A stretch of 64,000 nucleotides of DNA from Macrostomum hystrix (GCA_950097015.1 CATNEN010000012.1:558001-622000), one strand, 5' to 3'. Positions 37,901 to 50,587 are shown, counted from the first letter of the stretch. Numbers and translations are program-made. The notes: generated from the sequence alone by a model not told the origin.

Positions 37901-40900
37901 GAGGCTGCCAAGCTTTTTCTAAATGATTAATGTTGCCTTTGAAACACCATGCGCATCTCCGATGACGTAGTAAAAGCTACCACAGGCCAAAAATCTCAGG
38001 GTGCAAAGAAGTTGCTCTTGTGGAGTCAGGGCTTTGTTCCTGTGCGTGCTGTGAGAAATAATAGGTCCAACTATTTGCAGCAAGTTCTCCACGTGATCAG
38101 TTCGGAGTCTAAAACGCTCAGAAAAGTAAAAGCCTTGGGGCTGGAAATTAATACGTTCCTTGAATGTCCTTGGAAATTGTCTTGCCAGCATTGCCAACTC
38201 CTCTTCATCTTCCGTGTCGAACATGGCGAAAGCAAATATAGTAGAAGTTTGCGATCTGTGTTACAAGTGTCCCAACCACTTGTCAAACTCGGATGAATAA
38301 AAGAGCCGATTCTGCGCAGAAGCAACTGATTCAGCAAATATCTATGGTCAAAACCCCGAGAAAAGCGCTTTTAATTTGTCGAATTTTACTTGTCACTTGT
38401 AACTTGTAACTTGTCGAATTGACAACTTGTAGGTCATGTTTATGAAACGCATTAATTTACGGAATTGTCACTTGTCAGTTGTAATTTGTCGGACAAGTGC
38501 TTTATGAAATCGGGCCCTGGTAGTAAAAAATCGACTCGGACGCTCTGAAATATGAAATTATTGAATTGAATGCAAAAAGTGGAGGATTTTGCCATAGACA
38601 TAGGCTCGGACAATAAATCTAATATACCTTGATGGGCCACGCGTTGTTAACCAGGAGCTTGAAAATGCCGTCATGGAAAACTTTTCAGTTGCTTGTGGGA
38701 CATGTGCACTATTTTTTACTCCACCAGATAAATTTTTATTTATTCAATTTTTAGGAAATTTTAGGAAACTAGTGTTTAATCGAGTGGATGGCGTAGCAGC
38801 ATGTCAAGCGAAACTGATTTTAAACTAGGAAAGTCTTCATAGGTGCTGACTGAAAATGCGAGTGTTCATGCAGTGTAGAAAATGACCAAGCTGCTGCAGC
38901 GAAGAGAAAGCTGCAGAAGTACCAGTGACTTCATTTTTAAATAATACACTTCGTTCACTACACTATATACTACTCGTATGTGACTATGTCTGTGTACCTG
39001 TTTACCCTACAAGTTACTGCATCATTCGCTCAGTATCTAGATATCTAGGTACCTAGGTATCTAGGTATTATCAGACTTCAATTCTTGAACTGAATGCAAA
39101 AAGCCATATTTTTGCATTATTTTATGGCAGTCGACCCGCAGCCAGCGAAAAGGCACTTCGGCGCATTCCGATGAGTACAGAAACACACGGATACGTACTC
39201 AGACACACACACATACTTTTTTCATCTTCTGGCAGTGTACACTGTACGCGAGAGGGCCTTGAAGGTTGGCTCCTTGGATTGGATCAGTATATCCATCCTC
39301 CGTCGGCTAAATGTTCCCGCAGGTGTACAATGTATCGCAGTACGCGGACTTTCACCCCGGCGGCCCTGACGAGCTCATGCTAGGCGCCGGAGAAGATGCC
39401 ACCGAGCTCTTCAATAGCGTCCACCGCTGGGTGAACTTCGAGTCCATGCTCCGGCGCTGCCACATTGGGCCCTTAACCGCGCCAGCCGCAGCCTCCGCCG
39501 CCGCTTCCAGCTCAGCCGCCAAGGACAAGCGTCAGGCAGCGGCTACTGTTAAGTTTACCTGGCGAGATGCCGGCGCGGAGTTTCTAATAAATTTCACCTT
39601 CCCCTGGCTGTGCCGCGGCATGGCCATTGTCACTAGCGAAGATCCGACCGATGACTCCGATAGTATTACTAACAGTAGTGCCAGTTCAAGCAGGTTTCTG
39701 TATTGCCGAGCCCAACTGGAGTCGGAGGACGGCTCCGCTGCGCAGTACGAATTTCGCTGCTGTCAGCCGCACGCTGCGCTCAGCTTAGCCGAGACCCGCT
39801 GCAGCATCGATCGTTCGACTGCCACTGTTCGCCTGGGCAAGCGCAGTCCCGACCAGCAGGCTCCGGTCATTGGCCCGCTCGATCTCGACCAGCTGTACTC
39901 GCCCGGCTCCACGCCGCCGCCTGTGCGTCTGTTTGCAGCCAGGCTGGCTGGCAGGCGTCAGCTCACGCCAGACACGGCGCTCTATCGGCTGCGACTGCCG
40001 CCCGGGTCGGCTGTCCGCACTCCCATTGGCTGGCACGTCTACTGCGAGTCTGGCCAAGACTCCGACATGCCTGTTAGGCGAGCCTACACCCCCGTTGCCG
40101 CCGCAGATCCTGACGGCGATGGCGAGAGCGAGGCTGATTCTTCTAGCGGCCTGCTTGAAGTCTGGCGTCAGAAGCCTTCATCTGAGTTCGCTCTCGTCAT
40201 CAAGCTGTACGAGGGTGGCGCCTTCACCGACTGGCTGAGCAGGCGCACAATTAGTGAGACCACCTGTTCACTATCGACTGGCTGTTTTTGGTGTCTGTTC
40301 TGTCTGTCTGTCTGTTCTTACTCACTGTCTGTTCTGTCTGTCTGTTCTGTCTGCCTACCTGTTCTGTCTGTCTGCCTGTTATGTCCGTCTGCCTGTTCTG
40401 TCTGCATGTCTGTTCTGTTCTGTTTGCCTGTCTTTTCTGTTCTTCTTGCCTGTCTGTTCTGTTCTGTTTCGTTCTGTCTGCCTGTCTGTTCTGTTTCGTT
40501 CTGTCTGCCTGTCTGTTCTGTTTCGTTCTGTCTGCCTGTCTGTTCTGTTCTGTTTGCCTCTCTTTTCTGTTCTGCTTGCCTGTCTGTTCTGTTCTGTTCT
40601 GTTCTGTTCTCTCTGCCTGTCCGCTCTGTTCTGTTTGCCTGTCTGTTCTGTCTCTCTGTCTGTTCTGTCTGTCTGTCTGTCCGTTCTGTCTGCCTGTCCG
40701 CTCTGTTCTGTTTGCCTGTCTGTTCTGTCTGTCTGTCTGTCTGTCTGTCTGTTCTGTGTTAGTGTATGAGTGTTTAGATAGACCTTTCGTCCGTTTGAAA
40801 GCCTCCTTACGTGGACCCTCCGTTTTACGTGGACCCCTTAAGTGGACCACCATATAATTTTTTTCTGACAAGTTTTGTGTGGGTCTAGACCGACCCACAG

Positions 40901-43900
40901 TGTAGCTTAGAGCTCTGTGATACTGTGTTTGAAAGTATACTACTTAAAAAAGTATTGCCGTTTGGAAGTTATTAGAATTTAAGTTTAGATGGACCTTTTA
41001 CGATGTCCACGTAAGCCACATTGCCCAGGTCCAGTTAAACCGAAAACATACGAAAAGAAACACACAAAGTGTATGTCGAATCTGTTTATAAGAAAATATT
41101 ATCGCATGATAAATCCGATTATAAAGTGCAGAAAAGTAAAGTCAGACATTTTAACTTGTGAACATTTTAAAGTCGAGTTCGTTAGTGTTCAATAATTATG
41201 ATGTGGGTCGTTGTCAGTGGTAAACTATAAATAGCATGCGTCTATTCGGCCCTTAATGGGAAACAAAAGCATCAAAAGGTACAGATATGTTAGCTTCATA
41301 TAAATCAATCTGCATAATTTAACTACTGAAAGCGCAGATACCGACTTCTTGTTAAAGATTCTTGGTTAGATGTCTTGGTTGGAAATGATGTTTTATGAAA
41401 TTATTCTGTCTTTAATACGTTGTTATCACTGCCACATAAACAAACAGACGCGAAATGTGCTCGAATTTTGACAACTTCACTCCAAAATTCTTTCGATTAC
41501 TTAAGAACCGAGGAACCAGCTATCCCAGACTATGCATTCAAGGAGCTGTACAGAAACGAAATGAAGGCATCTTCCTCAAACCTTTCTTTTTATTTACTAC
41601 TGTACAGGGCCTCGAAACGCCACCCTAATGAAAAAAATTCAATTGGTTCGCAAGATTTCTAAGGAAATATTTTTGGGGTCTAGCTAAACCACACACAGTT
41701 GACTTATCCACATGTGTTTTCATGGATGGCCCAAGACCTTGTTTTGCAACCCCTTTCTTTCCATCACACTGTACATGCCTTCAACTTCCCACCCCAAACC
41801 ACGCGATATGATTGGTCGAACGATATTCCGGGAAGAAAATTTTAGTCGGGGCAGGAGGTCCAGCTAAACCTTAGCTTATTTGAAAAACCACAAAGAACAA
41901 CCTCGGTAGTAAAGACTTTCACTCTTTCTATCGCATCAACTCGATACACATGATTAGCGTATTGACTACCTTCTGTGCGTAGGTTCCTGTACCTCGTACG
42001 ATCATTCGTTTTCAATGCGAAACCGTCGCTTGAAACAAAATTCTGGTACGTCAGACACGTGCCTTGTAGAAAAGATCATAAAGTGCTCCAGGAAAAAGGT
42101 ATTCGAAATATGGCAGAACTATTCAAGGTAAGTCTTCACTACAGAACTTTCAACTTTTACCGTAACTTTTGACCATTTGAAGAGTGCATGCGCATGCAAA
42201 ATAAAATCGTATATACCCTAATAATTTTTAGCAAGTATAATACTTGGGAGCTAAAGACAAACATTTCTCAAGAAATACTGCAGTCGATGCATTCACAATG
42301 TGGTGAGTGCAGAAAATGTTACGGATATCTAAATTCGAACACTTGACTATTCTAACAAAAAGGCCCAAACTTTTTCATTCTTGCAGAAACGTGCTTTCCA
42401 CGTAAAAAACGAGAAACACCCAAAAATGTAAGAATACGAGTCCATTGCATTTTACCCCCCTCTTTCACGCTAGTTAGAGATAGCTACAAGTTTAGCTGGG
42501 GTCCAGCTAAACCCTCCCTACACAACTCGATATCAATCGTGTATTTTGGCAGTAGGCTCTTACTAACAACTGCTAGTCCTGGGGTCCAGCTAAACCCTCC
42601 CTACACAACTCGCTATAAATGGTTTATGATGGCCCTAGGCTCTTACTAACAACTGCAAGTCCTGGGGTCCAGCTAAACCCTCCCTACACAACTCGCTATC
42701 AATGGTGTATGTTAAAACTAGGCTCTTGCTAACTGCCAGACCTAGGGTCCAGCTAAACCCTCCCTACACAACTTGCTATCAATGATGTATGTTAAAACTA
42801 GGCTCTTGCTAACTGCCAGACCTGGGGTCCAGATAAGTGAATCTCTCGAATCCGAAGTCAAAAAGTTGCCGGCGGCTACAAAAGTCCCTTCTGAATCTGA
42901 TGCGGCCTAAAAATCGAATTCAGTTCGAGGTGCAGATACAGGCCCGGCATTTTCATCAGTAAGCTTTGCATCATGTACAAGTTTGTAAAACTCGGTGCAG
43001 TTGGTACACATAACAGAATCGGAAAGTAGCTCTTCACGGTCATACTAACAACTGCTAGTCCTGGGGTCCAGCTAAACCCTCCCTACACAACTCGATATCA
43101 ATCGTGTATTTTGGCAGTAGGCTCTTTCTATCAACTGCTAGACCTGGGGTCCAGCTAAACCCTCCCTACACAGCTTGCTATCAATGATGTATGTCGGCAG
43201 TAGGCTCTTACTAGCAACTGCTAGTCCTGGGGTCCAGCTAAACCCTCCCTACACAACTCGCTATCAATGGTGTATGTTAAAACTAGGCTCTTGCTAACTG
43301 CCAGACCTGGGGTCCAGATAAACCCTCCCTACACAACTTACTATCAATGGTGTATGATGGCCCTAGGCTCTTACTAACAACTGCTAGACCTGGGGTCCAG
43401 CTAAACCCTCCCTACACAGCTTGCTATCAATGATGTATGTCGGCAGTAGGCTCTTACTAGCAACTGCTAGTCCTGGGGTCCAGCTAAACCCTCCCTACAC
43501 AACTCGCTATCAATGGTGTATGTTAAAACTAGGCTCTTGCTAACTGCCAGACCTAGGGTCCAGCTAAACCCTCCCTACACAACTTGCTATCAATGATGTA
43601 TGTTAAAACTAGGCTCTTGCTAACTGCCAGACCTGGGGTCCAGATAAACCCTCCCTACACAACTTACTATCAATGGTGTATGATGGCCCTAGGCTCTTAC
43701 TAACAACTGCTAGTCCTGGGGTCCAGCTAAACCCTCCCTACACAACTCGCTATCAATGGTGTATGTTAAAACTAGGCTCTTGCTAACTGCTAGTCCTGGG
43801 GTTCAGCTTTATCCACTCTCACAACGGTGGTGCTTTCGCTTTTGTCCCGTTCTGTCAGCCTCGCAAATACGCTTGTTTCACAGATGGCCAGCAACGTCAC

Positions 43901-44826
43901 TGTCCCCATGGCGGAGACCTCATCGCGAGCGTCCACTGGCTCACCGAATGTCGTTTGTGATGTTGAGCCGAGGGCTACGACTTCAACCCCGGCCAGTAAC
44001 AATCGTCGAGCAAGTAAGGACGAAGCTTTAATGTCGATTCTTCCTTCGCCAAGTCGAGCAAGCAAACCAGAGTTCAAACGTCAAGCAAAAGTGTTTTAAT
44101 CGTCCGACTCTAAATCCGACACCAGCTATGGAGCAGCGTAGTGATGCTGACCAAAGAGCAACAGTTGCCAGACGGGATAACCAGAGCTCGGATCAGAGTC
44201 CCGAAATAAGTGAAGCTGAAGTGGGCTGAACAACTTAAAATTCGCCAAAATTTTATTGAAACAAAAGCCTAGTTTTGTCAATGAAGCCGGCTTTGTAACT
44301 TTGCTATCATATCCTCATGGAATGCTTTGTTTAATGAATAAATTGAGTGATCGTTCGGAATGATGTAAGGGTAATTGAGATCTTTCACTTTGTCAGAACG
44401 TTAAACCATATTATCTGGGTCCACCTAAAGCGCATAAAAAGTTGGTCCACCTAAACCGGTCTACGTAAACACACGAGGCATTAACTCCATTTTCTTCTAA
44501 TCAGCGCCTCCTCCAGTTTAAAAAGCAAACAATTCTAGTTCTTTAAATCGCATTTGACTTAAGATCTCATGTTTCGATTGAAAATTCGGAGGTCCAGGTA
44601 AGGCATTATCAAATGAACAGTCCACATAAACACACATACACTGGTAATTGTGTCTGTCTGTCTGTTCTGTCTGTCTGTCTGTTCTGTCTGTCTGTCTGTC
44701 TGTCTGTTCTGTCTGTCTGTCTGTTCTGTCTGTCTGTCTGTTCTGTCTGTCTGTCTGTTCTGTCTGTCTGTTCTGTCTGTCTGTCTGTCTGTTCTGTCTG
44801 TCTGTCTGTTCTGTCTGTCTGTCTGT

Positions 44827-44863
<37 letters not shown>

Positions 44864-44922
44864 TCTGTCTGTCTGTCTGTTCTGTCTGTCTGTCTGTTCT
44901 GTCTGTCTGTCTGTCTGTCTGT

Positions 44923-44959
<37 letters not shown>

Positions 44960-45849
44960 TCTGTCTGTCTGTCTGTTCTGTCTGTCTGTCTGTTCTGTCT
45001 GTCTGTCTGTTCTGTCTGTCTTGCTCTCTGTATCTTTATCCATTCTGTCCTGCCTTTCTCTTTTTATGTCTTTGTCCTTTGAGTATTCAGCTTATTTTTG
45101 ACACATTTTCAGGTGACGTCATCAGCGTATCCCTGCCTGACGGTAAGTTCTCATTCGACAGCGTGCTGCACTACGATTGTCTGGTGCTGATATCGGCCGG
45201 CACGGGCATCACGCCGATGGTGAACCTGGCCCTGGCCTTTCTGGACCTGGACACTGACAAGTGAGGCCTCTGCTTTTTAGTGTAATTTTCATAGTTTTCT
45301 ACTATTAGTAGGCAATGAGTGACAACGGTTAACGCGTTTGCTTCTCGCGCCAAGTCACACTCTTTTTGGCGCAGTCGTGGGGAGAAGGCTTAGTGGCTTG
45401 TCATGCAACTGACACTTGCGCCCGTGAGGGCCGATCCCCAAGGCACAGTGAGAGTGTGCACTGTCTGACTATATTACTATAGGCATGAGTCTTCTCTAAT
45501 TCGCAGGCGCGTATTCCTACTGTACTATAACAAAACCGAAGCGGACATTATCCTGCGGGCCTACTGGGACCGTCTGGCCGCCCGCTATCCCAACCGCCTG
45601 ACCTGCCGATATTCTCTGACCCGAGCCGGCGGCAGCGCCTGGTCCGGCCTCACTGGCCGAGTGTCCGGCCCTGCCCTGGCCGAAGCCTGCGCCGCCTGGG
45701 AGCCTCTGGCCAGCCTGCCAGCCGAGCGAGTGTTCTCGGCCGCCTGCGGACCGGACGGCTTCTTGGCCAGCGTCCGGGAGGCTGTGGCCGCCGCATCTGC
45801 TTGTGGCTGCCCGCTGAGCTTGGATCGAATATTCCTGTTCGAAGGCTAA
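34975..45849 (+). CDS. CYB5R4: NADH-cytochrome b5 reductase 4 (cytochrome b5 + CS-like linker + FAD/NAD-binding reductase)
   Basis: Phase-consistent exons 34975-35205 (GHSLMDWVRL...DCWMALNGQ), 39323-40253 (VYNVSQYADFHPGG...HRWVNFESML; RAYTP), 45113-45260 (ISAGTGITPM), 45507-45849 (LLYYNKTEADII...CGPDGF...FLFEG*). Confidence 0.94.
35300..37140 (-). mobile_element. Internally deleted Tc1/IS630-like transposon in CYB5R4 intron 1 (ends approximate)
   Basis: ORF 35494-35988 has DDE_3 C-terminal motifs (VILLDGARFH; LPPYSPFLNPVE) fused to a short N-terminus. Inverted subterminal motifs: TTTTGCGTCCAATT at about 35376 versus AATTGAACGCAAAA at about 37088. Confidence 0.7.
36170..37082. repeat. 81-bp tandem repeat, about 11 copies
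   Basis: Unit AAAGCCCGTCTGTGCATTTTCTGGCCATAGACACCAATGGGAGGGGAAGGGAGACTGACACATAGACCCTTGCCGAAATTG; starts at 36181, 36262. Confidence 0.96.
37548..38516 (-). mobile_element. PIF/Harbinger-superfamily deletion derivative (969 bp)
   Basis: Perfect 16-bp TIR GGCCCGATTTCATAAA; 3-bp TSD CTG on both sides; subterminal (G/C)ACAAG repeats. Truncated HARBI1-like N-terminus at 37919-38224 (ERFRL...LTPQEQLLCTLRFLACGSFYYVIGDAHGVSKAT). Confidence 0.9.
40283..40757. repeat. (CTGT)n/(CTGTT)n microsatellite-like tract at the start of CYB5R4 intron 2
   Basis: Direct inspection. Confidence 0.93.
40760..44643. mobile_element. ~3.9-kb unclassified TIR element with decayed coding remnants in CYB5R4 intron 2
   Basis: The left end TAGTGTATGAGTGTTTAGATAGAC...CCTTACGTGGACCCTCCG resembles the reverse complement of the right end CAGTGTATGTGTGTTTATGTGGAC...CCTTACCTGGACCTCCG. 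Subterminal TTA(C/G)GTGGACC motifs occur at both ends in opposite orientation. No TSD found. Confidence 0.6.
42496..43805. repeat. 80/83-bp tandem repeat (CTGGGGTCCAGCTAAACCCTCCCTACACAAC...), about 15 copies, interrupted at about 42835-43040
   Basis: Unit starts 42496, 42579, 42662, 42742, 42822, then 43061, 43144, 43227, 43307, 43390, 43473, 43553, 43633, 43716, 43796. Confidence 0.95.
44650..45020. repeat. (CTGT)n microsatellite near the end of CYB5R4 intron 2
   Basis: Direct inspection. Confidence 0.95.
45315..45475 (+). mobile_element. tRNA-derived SINE-like element (copy 2) filling most of CYB5R4 intron 3
   Basis: CCCCAAGGCACAGTGAGAGTGTGCACTGTCTGAC matches the 6060-6280 copy; the head GACAACGGTTAACGCGTTTGC resembles GCAGAGCGGTCTGATGCGTTCGC. 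Confidence 0.5.
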
Positions 45850-45892
45850 CTGGAGAAGTTTTTGCGTACGAGTATTTCTTTTTTTGTACATG

Positions 45893-46223
45893 CACATTGT
45901 CACTTTTATGTACATTGTCACTGTATGTACATTGTCACTGTATGTACATTGTCACTGTATGTACATTGTCACTGTATATACATTGTCACTGTATGTACAT
46001 TGTCACTGTATGTACATTGTCACTGTATATACATTGTCACTGTATGTACATTGTCACTGTATGTACATTGTCACTGTATGTACATTGTCACTGAATGTAC
46101 ATTGTCACTGTATGTACATTGTCACTGTATGTACATTGTCACTGTATATACATTGTCACTGTATATACATTGTCACTGTATGTACATTGTCACTGTATGT
46201 ACATTGTCACTGAATGTACATTG
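45893..46223. repeat. 17-bp minisatellite (TACATTGTCACTGTATG) just after the CYB5R4 stop
   Basis: Direct inspection. Confidence 0.95.
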
Positions 46224-46821
46224 ACACAACGCAAATTGAAATTATTCACAACGTCACTCTTTGTACTTCTACATTGACACTATTTACATTGAGACTATGT
46301 ACATTCACAATGTGTACATGCACAATCTCACTGTATGTACTTCGAAATTTGACGGTATGCATATTGAGACAGAATTTACATATAATATGTATGTAGAATT
46401 TGAAATCGTATGTACAAAGACACTGTGTGCACAGACACTATTAAATGTGACACTGTGTGTGCATAGTTTTTATACGGCTATATGTCTATATAGTTGGACT
46501 CACTGCAATTACAATTCATTATTAAAAGGCGCGCTGCGGTTATAAACGAGAGGTACACGTCTATAACCGTGACATTTATTTTGAGCCTATAGTTACAACT
46601 TTTTTTGTGAATTCCGTTAGATTTTCGCAGTTTTTATTCTTACAACTTTTTGTCTGTTCGTAAAAGAAAGCTTTTAGAAAACAACGATAGATGCCTTTGC
46701 TGCTTATAATTATCATTTTCTGTTTGATTTTATTCGCTGATACCGCAAACCGATTTGGTATCTGCTTGTCTTTTTAGGCGGTTTCCTTTCGTACTTCGAT
46801 ACAACTAAACAATTCTGAAAA

Positions 46822-48472
46822 TTAGTTGGTTTTGGGCGGTTTCCTTGGGCGATTCCTTCGACACTGATAAACAATTTGGAAAATTAGTTGGTTTTGGGCG
46901 GTTAACTTGGCCGATTCCTTCGACACTGATAAACAATTCGGAAAATTAGTTGGTTTTGGGCGGTTTTCTTGGCCGTTTCCTTCGATACTGATAAACGATT
47001 TGGAATAATAGTTGGTTTTGGGCCGTTTCCTTCGACACTGATAAACGATTTGGGATAATAGTTGGTTTTGGGCCGTTTCCTTCGACACTGACAAACGATT
47101 TGGAATAATAGTTGGTTTTGGGCCGTTTCCTTCGACACTGATAAACGATTTGGGATAATAGTTGGTTTTGGGCCGTTTCCTTCGACACTGATAAACGATT
47201 TGGAATAATAGTTGGTTTTGGGCCGTTTCCTTCGACACTGATAAACGATTTGGGATAATAGTTGGTTTCGGGCCGTTTCCTTCGACACTGATAAACGATT
47301 TGGAATAATAGTTGGTTTTGGGCCGTTTCCTTCGACACTGATAAACGATTTGGGATAATAGTTGGTTTTGGGCCGTTTCCTTCGATACTGATAAACGATT
47401 TGGAATAATAGTTGGTTTCGGGCCGTTTCCTTCGACACTGATAAACGATTTGGAATAATAGTTGGTTTTGGGCCGTTTCCTTCGACACTGATAAACGATT
47501 TGGGATAATATTTGGTTTCGGGCCGTTTCCTTCGACACTGATAAACGATTTGGAATAATAGTTGGTTTTGGGCCGTTTCCTTCGACACTGATAAACGATT
47601 TGGAATAATAGTTGGTTTTGGGCCGTTTCCTTCGACACTGATAAACGATTTGGGATAATATTTGGTTTCGGGCCGTTTCCTTCGACACTGATAAACGATT
47701 TGGGATAATATTTGGTTTCGGGCCGTTTCCTTCGACACTGATAAACGATTTGGAATAATAGTTGGTTTTGGGCCGTTTCCTTCGACACTGATAAACGATT
47801 TGGGATAATAGTTGGTTTTGGGCCGTTTCCTTCGACACTGACAAACGATTTGGAATAATAGTTGGTTTTGGGCCGTTTCCTTCGATACTGATAAACGATT
47901 TGGAATAATAGTTGGTTTTGGGCCGTTTCCTTCGACACAGATAAACGATTTGGAATAATAGTTGGTTTTGGGCCGTTTCCTTCGACACTGATAAACGATT
48001 TGGAATAATAGTTGGTTTTGGGCCGTTTCCTTCGACACTGACAAACGATTTGGAATAATAGTTGGTTTTGGGCCGTTTCCTTCGACACTGATAAACGATT
48101 TGGGATAATAGTTGGTTTTGGGCCGTTTCCTTCGACACTGATAAACGATTTGGGATAATAGTTGGTTTTGGGCCGTTTCCTTCGACACTGATAAACGATT
48201 TGGAATAATAGTTGGTTTTGGGCCGTTTCCTTCGACACTGACAAACGATTTGGGATAATAGTTGGTTTTGGGCCGTTTCCTTCGACACTGATAAACGATT
48301 TGGGATAATAGTTGGTTTTGGGCCGTTTCCTTCGACACTGATAAACGATTTGGGATAATAGTTGGTTTTGGGCCGTTTCCTTCGACACTGATAAACGATT
48401 TTGGATAATAGTTGGTTTTGGGCCGTTTCCTTCGACACTGACAAACGATTTGGAATAATAGTTGGTTTTGTG
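46822..48472. repeat. 50-bp satellite (TTCGACACTGATAAACGATTTGGAATAATAGTTGGTTTTGGGCCGTTTCC), about 32 copies
   Basis: Period 50 (47281, 47331); longer diverged units at the left end. Confidence 0.97.
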
Positions 48473-48892
48473 CGATTCCCCTAGGAAGATTCCCCTAATA
48501 TTTGAAACCGATAAAAAATGAGCTATTTACGACCTACTAAATCTAGCAAGAATCCATAAGTAAGTTTCTTTATTCCGTCCTAAATGCATTCATGCGAAGC
48601 GAGACAAGCTAGTGCATGTACTGGTATCATTTTAGACTGCTTAGTAACGATAACTATTTTACTGTTGAATTCTAACCTACAATGCATCATAAAGCAACTA
48701 TGATGGAAGCTTTTGCTACTGATTCAGAGGTTTTACACTATAAAATATATCTGTTCTAATCCAGAAACTATTTTGCACCTCTGACTGTGACGCCTTTGCT
48801 TGTTCCTGTGTATGGACTGTCATTTCAATCGATTACAGTTGGCCTCAATTTTTAACCTAACTGCTCCACTGTCACTGTCACCGTTTCCCAGG

Positions 48893-50038
48893 ACTGTTCA
48901 ACTGCCACTCTCCAAAGCTGTCAGACTAGCCCAGCTGCCACTCTCCAAAGCTGTCAGACTAGCCCAGCTGCCACTCTCCAAAGCTGTCAGACTAGCCCAG
49001 CTGTCACTCTCCAAAGCTGTCAGACTAGCCCAGCTGCCTCTCTCCAAAGCTGTCAGACTAGCCCAGCTGCCACTCTCCAAAGCTGTCAGACTAGCCCAGC
49101 TGCCATTCTCCAAAGCTGTCAGACTAGCCCAGCTGTCACTCTCCAAAGCTGTCAGACTAGCCCAGCTGCCTCTCTCCAAAGCTGTCAGACTAGCCCAGCT
49201 GTCACTCTCCAAAGCTGTCAGACTAGCCCAGCTGTCACTCTCCAAAGCTGTCAGACTAGCCCAGCTGCCATTCTCCAAAGCTGTCAGACTAGCCCAGCTG
49301 TCATTCTCCAAAGCTGTCAGACTAGCCCAGCTGCCACTCTCCAAAGCTGTCAGACTAGCCCAGCTGCCACTCTCCAAAGCTGTCAGACTTGCCCAGCTGC
49401 CACTCTCCAAAGCTGTCAGACTAGCCCAGCTGTCACTCTCCAAAGCTGTCAGACTAGCCCAGCTGCCTCTCTCCAAAGCTGTCAGACTAGCCCAGCTGCC
49501 ACTCTCCAAAGCTGTCAGACTAGCCCAGCTGCCACTCTCCAAAGCTGTCAGACTTGCCCAGCTGCCACTCTCCAAAGCTGTCAGACTAGCCCAGCTGTCA
49601 CTCTCCAAAGCTGTCAGACTAGCCCAGCTGTCACTCTCCAAATCTGTCAGACTAGCCCAGCTGCCACTCTCCAAAGCTGTCAGACTAGCCCAGCTGCCAC
49701 TCTCCAAAGCTGTCAGACTAGCCCAGCTGCCACTCTCCAAAGCTGTCAGACCAGCCCAGCTGTCACTCTCCAAAGCTGTCAGACTAGCCCAGCTGCCACT
49801 CTCCAAAGCTGTCAGACCAGCCCAGCTGCCACTCTCCAAAGCTGTCAGACTAGCCCAGCTGCCACTCTCCAAAGCTGTCAGACCAGCCCAGCTGTCACTC
49901 TCCAAATCTGTCAGACTAGCCCAGCTGTCATCTCCAAAGCTGTCAGACTAGCCCAGCTGCCACTCTCCAAAGCTGTCAGACCAGCCCAGCTGTCACTCTC
50001 CAAATCTGTCAGACTAGCCCAGCTGTCATCTCCAAAGC
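48893..50038. repeat. 33-bp minisatellite (CTGCCACTCTCCAAAGCTGTCAGACTAGCCCAG), about 35 copies
   Basis: Direct inspection. Confidence 0.97.
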
Positions 50039-50587
50039 TATGAGCTCACTTGCATTTGCTAACCTTGGTATTGTAAGGATGGGATATTGAACTGGGATCG
50101 CCGCTCGCGGGCTGGCTGAGCAGTTCGAGCTCAACATATAATTCAAACAACGCAGCCCCAGATGGCAGTGCATTTACTAATTTAATCCAGCATTTGATTG
50201 ATCGGCATTCAATACAATCTAGAGAAGTTTCGTCCGTTGTTCGGCCGCCTACACCGAGGCCGAGGCTGCGTAATGATTAAGAAATATTAAACGGTTGGCT
50301 GCATAAGAAGGAATAGGAGATCGGAAAGATTAGAGAGAAGGTATTAATCCCGGGTCGCCGAGTTGCATGGGAAGCGAGAGCTGGAGTAAGAGCTGGAGCT
50401 GAGCCAGACAAGACCGATTTTCTTTCTTGCCTACGGCCTCAGCATTCCAAGACTTGCTGGCATTGATTTGCTTGCGCTGTGCGGGCGCTCCATTCCCTTA
50501 CCCTGCCCTGTGCGACACCAGCGGGTTAGGGGATTTCCTACAGTCAATAATAATATCCTCCTGCCGAGTGCGGCTTGGGGCTTTCTA

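Noticed and set aside
39311-40762. 483-aa ORF as a complete protein
   Set aside because: Only 39323-40253 is a CYB5R4 exon; the C-terminal Cys/Leu/Ser/Val run is read-through into an intronic microsatellite.
42496-43805. CRISPR-like repeat-spacer appearance
   Set aside because: Eukaryotic intron, no cas genes, and the variable segments are short and recur rather than being unique spacers.
46822-48444. Three overlapping 478-540 aa minus-strand ORFs
   Set aside because: They are the three frames of a stop-free 50-bp satellite; no coding evidence.
48800-49951. 383-aa and 335-aa repetitive ORFs on both strands
   Set aside because: Translations of the 33-bp minisatellite; no splice or domain support.
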